NCBI GenBank assembly: GCA_046563655.1
Contig: CM102290.1
Span: forward strand, 13,888,001-13,952,000
Direction: 5' to 3'
DNA from: Yuukianura sp. NJ FZ-2021
Taxonomy: Eukaryota
DNA: 64,000 bases
Shown: positions 10,401 through 22,400 of the stretch, one piece after another
How the letters are laid out: each line of letters opens with the position of its first letter
Numbering within the stretch: position 1 is the first letter of the stretch
Program-made: the position numbers and the translations under genes
The notes under the pieces: generated by a model
Told to the model about the DNA's origin: nothing
Database searches by the model: none
The model's input: the letters and a program-made list of their open reading frames with translations, nothing else

Positions 10401-13400
10401 CGTGCATTCGAAGTCTCCAGGAGGACTTGTGAGCAAGAGTTTATTTTTCATGGATTCCGGTTCGCTACATCTTGCAATTCCAGGCTCCAGAAAGTCACGT
10501 TTAACCCAGTCAGCGAGCCATTTGAGTCCGCAGTCACAAAATAAAGGATTTCCACCCAGTGCTCTACCGGATAAAAAAAAACGAACAAAAAAAAACGGAA
10601 ATGAAATCATTCACGGGCTTTTGATTTGACGGGGCACAACAAACAGAGGTGTGCTTCAATTCAATTCGTCGAAACAGGCTAATTAGTCACTCACAAATGC
10701 GTGATGGAACGAAGGTCACGGAATGTCCCTTCTGGAATCTGAGAGATGTCATTGGCATGAACGGATCTGCAAGAAAAACCGTAGCAGGTCAATAGTACGA
10801 AAACAATAAGGGCGAAAACAATAAGGCGCGAAAATAATTCGCCAAGTTGGCAACAACGGAGTTAAATAACGTTGGGTTTCTTAGGCGAACTTGACGTTAG
10901 ATTCTTCCAAAGATGTGGGTTTCATTGGTGGTACAGCAGTGTTGCCAAGTCACTGATTTCGCGCTTATTGTTTTCGCGGAAATTGTTTTAGCATTAATGA
11001 ACTGGAATCGAAAAACAAGTCGAATATTTTGTCGATTTTTTCTCACAAAAAAAACTTACAGGATTCTGAGCGATGACAATCCGACCAAAGCGTCTCTCTC
11101 AATGCACTGCAACTTGTTGTAGCTGATGATTCTAGAGAGAAACAAAGACAAAACGGCTTGAGGTCAAAGGTCATTGACTAAAAAGTACTCAAAACAAGTG
11201 AAAAAACTTACAGTGTGGACAACTTGGTGAGATTCACAAAAGTGTGATTTGACAGCATCGTAATTTGATTATTGCTCAAGTCCCTGCGAGAGAACAAAGG
11301 AAAAGAGAAAGTTTTTAAATTCGCTTTCACTTCCTCCACACGCCTCTAAACTTTTTCTTTTTCTCTTTTCTTTTTTGTACAAAAGTTTAATAACATTTGT
11401 GTTTTCTGATGAGATATTGTTTTCTTTCGCATGTTTGGAGCTTGTTCAAGTTTCCCTCCAAAAAAAATGGCGGACTATAGGGATTTATAGACTCACAGTT
11501 TGGTGAGATGCTTGAGATGACCCAGCCGACTCACGTCAATCGCTTCAACTTCATTCACATCCAAGTAAAGTTCAGAAGTTTCACTCGGAATGCCGCTGGG
11601 AATCTCCCTCAGTCGAGCACGACTACACCAAACGACCGTGCCAGTGCAGTTGCACTGTGGTGGACAGTATTCTTCCCCCAAGCAACCACGGTCTTCACCT
11701 AAAAGCACCACAAATGGTCAAAAGGTCACTTGAAGAAGCCGGTCCAGGTCAAAATGTCACTCGAAAAGTTGGTCCAGCTCAAAAGGTCACTTGAAAGCAT
11801 GGGTCCTGTGGTGTTTGCTCCATCCTCCCAGAGTTTAGAGAATGGGAATGATAGCTCAAGGGTTAGCGCTCTTCCCGGATTGAAGAGACGTGGGTTCGAA
11901 CCTCACCCGGTTCATTCTTTTTTCTACACTCTCTTTCCTTGTCTCTCAAGCCATTTGAGTCCAGAACGAGTCCAGGTCAAAAGGTCACTTGAAAATGACT
12001 TACTTGTGCACCGAAATTCATGTGAGGGGAGACTTCTGATACGAGAATCTTTGTGTCTTAGGGGTGCATGGCACTTGGGTCCATCTGATGGCAGGAGAGC
12101 GTGTTCCCTTCGAAGCCAATCTGCGAACCAGGCCAAGTGACAGTTGCATATGAATGCATTTCCATCCAGATCCCTGTGAACAAATCCATCATCAGACAAT
12201 AAAGATCAGTTAGACGCAGGGAGGGGGCCCTTCGTCACCTGCCTCCCTTGGTTCTATTGACTCTTTTAATTTAAACTGTTCCCAGTGACTAACTATGACA
12301 AGCCAACCATTTTTGGACTGTGGCATATGTTTCTCAACGGAAAATGACAATGTAAACATATCTTTTCCAATGTTCCCGCCAACTTTTGAGTATTCCAAAA
12401 ATTTGTTCCAGGAAGAATATTCCTGCTTCTTCTGTTACTCAGGCGTATCGATCCTCTCTTTTTTTAAGTTTTGAGAGTCTAAAAAAATAATTTTGTAGGC
12501 CACTTTTCCTTCCGGTTTTTTCTTCCAGAATTTTTTTTCCAGAAATTAAAATGTAGAGCAGATTGTGGAAGATGTTTTTGAGCCTGGAGGTTCTGAGTTT
12601 GATGGTTAATTTCCTGGCGGTGGTGGTGATGTGGTTTCTGTTGACAAGGGTCCATTGTCCACAGAAACCAAGGTTCTCATGCCAGTGAAAGGAGAAAGTT
12701 TCGAGTGCGCAGACGCCGCAGTTCTTTGTTGCCAATTCCTCGAGGTGTTTTTCAAGTCACGACGACGACGGAGAAAGTAAATAAATTGGATTTCTCCCCG
12801 TCTCAATTATTTTATGGTCTTCGGCCCCGAAAACCAAGTTTCATTTAAAAGGAAACGCACAACACTTTAATTGAATTCAAAATTACACAAGTGCTGGAGA
12901 AGCATAAAGTAAAAGTTTTCTGCCAAATTCAATTTTGGAATAAAAATATGAGCGACTTTTTTAGTTTAAAAAGTTTCGGTTCGCGTCTGGTCTTGCAATT
13001 AAAAAACAATAAATCCGGTTGTAAAAGGGAGTGTACAAAAGTAGCGAAAGATACTCACGGCTAGTCATACCGGCCCAGTATGATGAGCCACGCTAGACTA
13101 TTAGCCGACATGCCAAAAATATTTTCGCAAAATTGGCTAAATCTTTAAATATTCAATATTTTTTCCAGAAACCTTGAAATAGTTACGTATTTAACATTGG
13201 GCAAATAAGGGCATGCGCAAATAAAAAAAATGAGAAAATATTTTTGTCATGTCTGACTATTAGTTATAAACGGTAAAAGGCAAAAGTTGACCTTTGACCT
13301 ACAGGGCCAATGATGTACACAAAAGTTGTTTGCCTCAATGAGAAAGACAACTTTTGTATAGGCCATCTATCATGTTACCGTGTAAGAAACCCATTGACCT

Positions 13401-16400
13401 TGACTCTTGACCCTGCAGAATTTGACACAAAAAGATGATATTCAATAGTGAAAGCAGATCTGGGAAATGTTTAGCGGTTTATGAGATAAGTCTCCGGCGG
13501 TCGGACGGACAGACAGACAAGGTAAAACCAGTAAGTAGCTTACGCTACTTAATAACTTTTTTGTATGTACTAGACAAGTCTATTTAACTTTACAAGTCAA
13601 AACAGACTTTCGCTCTACTTTTATTCTCCAGATTTTTTTTGTGTCTATTTAAAAACAAAAAGTTTTCTCATTCTAAAAGTCTCCTTGGGCATAATTGGTG
13701 AGAGGATGCCAAAAGACTGGAGAAGAACAAGGTTCAATTTGAGCACGCTTGTCACTCACCCGCCCTTTTGACATTCACCGACCACCGTCGCTTGCGGGCA
13801 ACTCAGGAACTCCGCCTCTCTCGAGATCACTCCCAAATTATAATTTTAGAACTTGAGTCGTTAGTTGCACAAAATCAGAGATCTCTTGTGTCTTGGTGCA
13901 TCGGATGATTAAAAACGTAAAAGGCTCTACCTTGTCACTCACATCCTCATTAATCATATTATTCATCAAAAGACTTCCACATCAAGTCAAACTGCCAACT
14001 TTTCACTTCCATCATTACATCTCTCATGTCCAAATCGCTCATAGTGAACTTTCCAAGCCAAAATTTTCAAAAACAAAAGTTGTCTGTTCAAATCAGTTAA
14101 AAAGTCAAATGTTTTGATGTAACCCTTGGGGGCAAGGTTCCTTGACAACGAAAGATGGATTTTCTTTAACAGGTTGAGTACTACCTCAATTCAATAAAAA
14201 ATTGACTAAGATATTATGAAATGATCTACAGCCTTTTTTTTGCAAAATCGAAAAAACCATGAGGTATTACTCAACCTGTTAAAGAAAATCAACGTCAACA
14301 AACCTTGCTTTGGAGGTGAATGAGAAGAGTAGCAACAGGCAATGGACAGATTGTGACAGAAGAGGTCACTTTTGACACTGACGCCTCAACCTGACAAAAT
14401 ATCTCCTGGAGACATCACTAAGTTGTGAGACTTGTCAATATTTGTCAAAGTGTTGGAACAGAGATGAGGGTCAGTTGATTAAAACTAAAGTTGCTCAAGG
14501 CAACACCAAAATCTAAAAGTTTCTTGTTTTTTTGAAAAAATTGACTTACAGAGATTGAAGACTCGGCAAATGCTCAAAGGAGCCGGGCATTATACATGAA
14601 ATTTGGTTGTCCGCCAAAGATCTGCAAGATAAAAGAGAGAAAATGAAATTTTTGATAAAATGCCTGTCAGATTTGGGATTGGCAGGTTTTAACTTCATCA
14701 GAAGCATTGTGCTCCATTTAGTTTTGGACAATTGGACAGAAGAGAAGACTTGTTTTGAAAAGTCAATTTGAAATTGGATTGAGGAGTGGAGTAATCAGCA
14801 CTTACAAAGTTTTGAGCTGACTGAGTCCAATGAACATCTTGTTATTTATCTCCTTGAGCTTATTTCCCGTGAGGATTCTGGAAGGAAAGCCACAAGAGAA
14901 AGTTAGTCATTCACTCTTTCCCTTTCTTTGGAGCCCAGTCCAGCGGAAGTGAGCTCTGGAAGCTCATCTTCGCACTTTCACTTTTCAATCTCTCACTTCC
15001 AAGCGTTTCAGCGCTCCAGCGTTTCCAGCAACTTGGAACAAAGGAAAGTTTGAGCGGTTTATCACGCTAATCTCATCCGAAATGGACCACGCTACAACTA
15101 AACATCCGCACTTCCACAAGCGAAGGTAGACAAAGTTCTTGCGGTTTACGCCTACTTCCAGACCAAATCAACAAAATTTCAGGTCCGTTGGGTTTTCACT
15201 TTGTACGAGACTGGACTAGCAGCAGGAAATTCATTTTCAGTTTCTACACCCGTAGAAATTGATTCGAACACAAAAAAAGGAAATTGATAGGAATGATTTT
15301 TCAAAACGTGTGTTTTTGTTCGAGCGAGCTAACAATACAGTATTTCCTCTCAAATTGCAACTCGTTTTCTCGTTTTAATAGGCGCTTGCCATACACTTTT
15401 TAATAAGCAGGGATGTCAAAAATATTATGTCTCCAGCAAAAAAAAAAACAGTTTGTTTACTAAATATTTATTTGTTTGCCCACGCCCACAATATTAAACC
15501 AGCAAATATTTGGGCAATTTTATTTATTTGTTTTAATTATTTATTTATGATAAATTTAAATATTTCTGGCGTTTTTAACACATATTTTTGACATCCCTGC
15601 TTATAAGGCTGCAGTTTGTTGTTTAAGCTAAAAAAAAATGTTAGTTTTAAAATTAAAAAAATTGGCGCAAAATGTTAGTTTTTAGGGAAAAAATATCCTG
15701 GGTTCAGTTTTTGTTTGACATTTTGAACCCGCAAGTTTTGAAAAACATTTCTTTTGTTGTGGATTTCTTGGCAAACTTTTTTTGCTCATCTTTTTATCAA
15801 AACACAAGTTCAGTGCCACAACACTGAAAAAACTAAAAGGCCTATTCTTGATCACTGTTCCCTCCCGCCTTCGTCTCCAATCAACATCCAAGGTTCCTTC
15901 TCCTTTAAAGCAAATTTACTTTAATCTCACAAACAAGTTCTTTGTAAAAAGGAAAATTTACTGTTTCAAGATGAATCTTTTAGAAGATGGAATCTTGAGT
16001 TGTGAAACTTTAATTCTAAGCTCCTTAGAAGCCCCATCTTCCCATCATGGCATCTCTTCTATTGTTCTTCATGCACTTCACTCTCCCTTCATTTACGCGT
16101 CACTTTTCCTCATCACAAAGACTCAAAACGCTTTGAAAAACGTCTTGTACTACACTTTTGTAGAACATCAAAGTAAAAACTTACACGTCCACAAGGGAGT
16201 TGGCGTCTCGAAACGAGTTGTCCTCAATGGCCGAAATCCGATTTCCACTCAAGTCCAACTTTTGAAGATTTGGAAACAAATGGACCCAACCAGTACGAAG
16301 TCGCGTCAGTTCATTTCCTGAGAGAATTCTGAACAAAATTTACAAAAAAAAAGTCATTTTATTTTTACAAGAAACTATTTTTTTGAAATTCCTTCAAAAA

Positions 16401-19400
16401 TGGGTTCAGAGTTAGTCTGATTTTCCGCAGTTCCAAGTTCCAATTATTTTTTTAGACTCCAATAAAACGGGTGAAAGGGTTTCTGAAATTTTGAAAAACT
16501 TTTTTTTTCAGTGGGAAGTTATTTGGAACAGCGTCTAAAGAATTTTAAACCATTCTCTCCATTTTCACGCCTGTCATTATAATTGGATTTTCCCCCTTGC
16601 TCTCTCTCTCCGCAACTCTGTGAGAGTTCAAGGAATTAAAAACTTTTATAGTTACTCCCTCTGATCGCATGTTAAGTCCAGAAGTGGGCCCTTACAAGTG
16701 TGTCACGTGCTCTGGAATGTCTTCCGGAATTTCCCGAAGTCCACTTCGGGAACAGTCGACACTTGTACCCTCACAAGTACATTCTGCTGGACACTTTAGT
16801 TCTGCACATTCATCTGTCCATGTCTTACTCTCTTCTCCGTCACCTAAAAAACGTTTTTGGAAGGAGAAATTCTAAAATTTGTTAAAATTTAAAAATTTTC
16901 AATTTTATAACGGGGATGCTATCGGTAGGGGTGTGTATCCGTCACCGCTTTCTAGAAAACCGGATTTTGGATTTTGACGGATTAATCCGGATTTAAATCC
17001 GGATTTCTTAATACATAGGATTTCTCATAAGAATTTTTCTAGTTTTTTCAAAATTATGTACAACAACGGTTTCAAACTCCAAGTATAATAAAATTGATAA
17101 CGGATTTCAGGAATATTTTTGATTAACCTGATTTAAGAAACAATTTCTTAACTCAGTGGTACGATTTTCGATGGCAATTTTGCAATTTTCCATACCACGA
17201 AATGGAACAAAAAATCTGTCAAATCCGGACTCCATTTTTTTGAAATCCGGATTTGTAAGAATCCGAATACGTGAAAAAACCGGAACAAAAATCCGGATTC
17301 ACCACTAACTATGTGTTTAAGTGGACATGGAGTTGGTCAAGTTTCATACATTTCATCTTCTCTTCCCGGAATGCTGCGAGTCTCTTCCGCTGCAGCCTCT
17401 TTGGTCCTTCACACTTAGCTCCCGATGTCTCAATTGGATTTCTGTGGAGGTAGTCCGACAGCCATCGCAGGCGACAGTCACAGAAAAATGGATTCCGAGC
17501 CAAATGACTGCAAATTTAAAAAAACACGGGAGTTATTCGGAATTCGGAAGAATTGTGTTTCGGAAAATTAAGCTCGAACTCTCTGCTTCCTCTTTCTATT
17601 AAGTATGATTTATTCATGAAGCTGCGAGGCGTACTTCCGACACGGAACCTGACACGACTATGGCGAGGCAACAGCAGTTCCTAATCCATTTACACAAATA
17701 TGGTTCTGATTATTGTAAAGACGAGGAAGTCAGTCCCAATTAGGACTTGGTTCATCCAAAGCCGAGCTGTCCAACGTCATTAGTGTCACACTTTTTGGTC
17801 CCACCACCATCAGTCGTCACAGACTCAGAGTCATTTCGTATTAAAGTAACAAAGGGACCATGAGCCCTTATTTTCTCAAGTCATTCCTTCCCCGTGGATC
17901 TCCAACCTTCATCCCTGCACATGATTGCACAAGATTCAAACTGGTCTTGAAGACAGTGTTGTAGAAATTTTTGAGAATTTTTTTTTCATTTCACTGAGAA
18001 AAACTGAGATAAACTGAAAAATTGAAAAGAATTGAAAAAAAAGTGAGATGAACTGAAAATATTTTTCATCTATGTTTTTTTCATTTCACTGAAACAGAAT
18101 AAAGAAGCTAAAAATATGTTTATTTCATCGGATGTATTTTTCAGTTTTTTGTTAATTTTTCACTGAAAAGTGAAATAATTTGAAATCTAACACTGTTTGA
18201 AAAATATCATGGTCATTGGTTTTGGTTCGTTTGACTTTTTCTGAGACAACATGGACACGATGGCCCTTGAGCAAACTGATACAAGGTCCTTGAAACCATC
18301 AAGTCCACTTTTTGTTATACCAGGAATATCAGTTTTCAAAAAAAAAATTTTGAAAAGAAATTTGTAACATTCCAGAAACAGGAAAATATGAAGGTCCCAA
18401 GCTTTTTGTATTGAAATATGACGCCACACCGACACCACGAATTTAACACCCCGTGGCGTCCAAACTGTTTTTTTTTCTATTCTTGGTCTTTTGGGTTCAA
18501 CTTGTTCAGAAACCTGCAAAATTCGGTTTCATTTTCTGGGAAGGATGAAAAAAGCGGGTAATTGGAAATTTAGAGAATTCGGGTAGTTTGGCTTTTCGAA
18601 ATCCCGCGGGAAGATGTTGGGCTTTCTCATTCCTCTGCAAAAACCATTTGCAAAAACCAAAAAAACTTTTTTTGCTTGCCTTATTGCAATACTGATACTT
18701 TCAAATTTAAAAGTTTGAGTTTCTGTGGGGCCTTATGAAATTTAAGTGTTCAGGGTTCAGGACGGTTGCAAGCCAATGTGTCGAATGAAATTCTCCGAAA
18801 CAAATTGCTACTGATGAAATGCTCCGAAACAAACTTCTCCTAATCAACTTCTACGAAATCAATTCCTCTGAAATGTACATTGCTCCGAAATTGAATTAGT
18901 CTACATTAGGGTGTAAGTTAAGTTAAAAATCGTGAGGAAAGGTTTGCTAGGCTAACAATCATAAGATTACATTATAGTATGAGTTGTAAGTCAGTATGCT
19001 AGGTCAGGTAAGCATTTAAAACTATTTTCGGAGCAATTCAATTCTTAGCAATTGAATTCGGAGAAATTCGTTCGGAACAATGGCCAGGGACAGTAGAATC
19101 TCAAGCAGATCTCTGTGGAAAGTGAAATTGCATTGGGTTTGGAATTCTCGTCTGGTTTTTATGCTGGTCTTGGATTGACATAAAAAAATGAAATACTACA
19201 ACGTAAAATGACGCATGAAAATTGGATTTGGAGAGGAGAAGAGAGAAGGGCGAGGGCGCGGTGGTTGTAAAGTTCTCAAGTTATTGTTGACGGCGACTTA
19301 GAAACGGACGGGGAAAGAAACTGTAGTGAGGAATTGGAGCTTAGGGAGACTTCTTAGATTTGGGTTTCGTTTGGCTCAAAGTTGGCGACAGGTTGAGGAC

Positions 19401-22400
19401 AAGCAGTATAGTTGGATTCGCTAAGATTTGAAGTTTAAAAAGAAAATTTAAGAGAGAAAGTTTTCAAAAAACGGAGTTTAGAAGTAAGTGAGTTTAAGTC
19501 CCAGGATATCCCATTTCCTGTGTGGTCCCTCATGTAGCTCTGTCTCAAACACAGTCTAAGGACTACTACTTGTGGACAAAGAACGAAAGACACTGTGGTG
19601 GGGCCAGAGTTTTCTGTGGTGGGGCCACACTTTTCTTTTGAGCTGTGTGGGTGGGAACATAATCCCATTTTGTCCCTCTTCCAGAGCCACAACGACGCTT
19701 TTTCTGAGAGAGAAAAGTCCCTGTCGATTCTTCCAGTTGAAAAGGCAGTGGAAAAGGAGACTCTCAATCTGATTTAGAACATTGAACATCCCATAAGACA
19801 ACTCATCTACAAAGGGCTTCAATGGCTTCGTCTCTGGAGAAAGTTGACTTTCACCGGAGCTTTCTAAAGGACTACTGATTTTCCATTTTTTAGAGCGAAC
19901 TGCACTCGAGGCGTTTTGAAAACTTTGAATTTAGCTTCCAAATTCCTTGAACTTCAAAATCAACCACATTCATTTTCGAAAGTTTAGACTTTCTGAAAAC
20001 TTTGTTTTGATTTGTTCAAATTGCAACTCTGCGGTATTTTTCCTTATATAGTAAGATTAGTTTCATGTTGTCGACTAACGAACCTAAAGACGACGAAGTT
20101 AATGGATCAGCAAACCTTTGTTAGTGTGGGTTTCAGCAGCATTACTTTGCACCATTTGTTGCATGTATCATAATACTACAGTAGATCCTCTCAAATTGCA
20201 ACTCACTGGGATTTGTTGGTTCGATGAGCGCCTGCTCTAAACCTTCGGACTAAATGAATTATACCTCGCTCCAAAAACTTAAGTTTTACGGTTGCCCAGG
20301 TTAAAAGACAGGATTTGAGCGCAGGAAAGTATTTTGGCAGCTCAATAGTGAGAGCGATTACACCAGAATGGTAAGATGTGGGTTCGAATCCCACTCTAGG
20401 CAAATATTTTTGCTCTGTTTCTTGCAATATAAAGTAAGTTCAGACACTGTGCGATTTCAACTGTGTCCCATCGAGAAAAAAGTTGCAGTTTGAGAGAGAC
20501 TACTGTAATTTCAAAAAAGCGCTTTGCCATACTCAAATCCTGCAAATTCGTCAGTCACGTTCTGAGAGAGTTTTTATACTCGGTGTTTCACAAGTCAGAG
20601 TGGAGAATATACATTGGAAATGATTAATTCGGATTTCAAAATGTCAGTTTCAGGACAAAGAGAACATGGAGCTTACAAAAGAGAGTCAAATGGAACTTAC
20701 AGTGTCTGGATACTGTGCAGAGCCTCAAAAGTTCCATTGTCAAGGGTCTTGATGCTGTTGTCATAAAGTGACCTGGAAATATAAAAAATAAAATTCTAAA
20801 CTTTTTTTTTATGATTTTCGATTTAAGAGGTGCAGGAAGCAGCACAAGTATTTTTCTCCAGGATGTTTCTGGCCAAATATTTTATGGTGGCCAATTTAGA
20901 CCAGAGCTGGAGTGGTCCCCGTGGGACGATTAAGCGTCAAAATGGAAGATTAGTGTTATATGGGCTTCACTTACAATAAATTAAGGTTATGTAAGTCACG
21001 GAACACGTCGGCTCGAACGCAAGTGATCCGGTTGGCATTCAGAAGCCTACAAGGAAACAGAGTCAAAGAATTATGAGCAGAGATGTCAAAAATATTTAAT
21101 CCCCATACTCCTAATTTCAATAACAAAATATTTGCGGGTTCTTTGTTACTAAATATTTATGTATTTGTCCACGCACAGGGTCCGTAAAAAAAGGTTGTTT
21201 CTACAACAGGTTGTCCAATAACTCCATATTTTTCATTTTATTAAAAAATTAATTAAAAATTTTCCTATGATAATTATTTTTATGTAAAGCAATTGGAATT
21301 GGGACGAAAAATTATTTGAAGCAAAATTTTTGTAAATGGCGAATTATTGGACAACCTTTTGTAGGAAATACAATTCGGTTGTCAAGCAACCTTGCCCACG
21401 TCCTTAATTATTAAATAAGTGAATATTGGGTCCATTTTTTAACAAGATTTTTTGTCCATATTTCAGGAATTTCTAGGACATATTTTTGGCAACCCTGCTT
21501 ATGAGGTGTTCATATAGTACCAATTTGAATGACATAAATCAAATGGAGCTTTTTTCTGGAGGGGAATCTACTGTAACAGCAGCAGTCGACGGAATCTGCT
21601 AAAATGAGCGTCGCTCCATAAAAACCATAATTCCGGGGCGGAGTGGGAAAAATAATGATGTGTTTGGGTAGGGATGAGACGGAGGGCCATTAAGTGGCAG
21701 TGGCCAAGGGAGGCTGACTTGGAAAACAGTCGAACCAAGTCAAGTAGTACTCTGCTCCATTCGTTTCGACTTCCCGCGTTGTTCAATGTTTTCTGTTCGA
21801 TTCCAAGAAAAAACACGTTTTTTGGAAATGGAGTCCGAGAGATCGTTAACAAGTCTTGTGGAAAGACAATATTCTTGAAACGGTGTAGATGGAAACAAAT
21901 ACTAAGCCCCACCGCGAGCCACCCTTGGTGACACGATCATCACAAATTGTTTCTTCACTTATTAAAAAAAAAGTTCTTCAAACTAACTTTTCCCGGGAGA
22001 AATTCAAGACTTTTTGAAAAAAAAATTTTCCTCTTACAATTTTCTCTTTTCGGCGGTACTAATTCTCTGAAAAATGTAAAAGTTGAGACACAAGGCGGGA
22101 CAGGTGACAAAGGAAAGTGAAAACTTTTGAGCAAGTTTTTGGAGGAAGTAACTATAAGATGTAAATTAGATCCTCATCAAAATGTCATAAATCATGGAAT
22201 GGATCCAAAGACTTACAAGAGCTGAAGGGAACTGAGTCCATGGAACAGTCCTGGTGGCAAGACGCTGATTCGATTTCCATAGAGAACTCTGAAATATAGT
22301 AACAAACACCTTCAACGTGAGTGCCTTACTTCAACCAAAGGCCAACGGCCTTACTTCAACCCTCTAATATATTCCCTTCCATCACCAGCCTTTTATCATC

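Noticed and set aside
11845..11923. Functional tRNA-Ser(GGA), and tRNA-Cys(GCA) near 46300-46370
   Set aside because: Acceptor stems do not pair properly, position 33 is C, and both share a non-tRNA tail, so they are treated as SINE-like.
16844..20700. An intronic miR-218 equivalent, as hosted by vertebrate SLIT2 and SLIT3
   Set aside because: I saw no match to the mature sequence by eye here or elsewhere; only a partial acatggtt near 38067 without seed or hairpin. A formal miRNA search was not possible.
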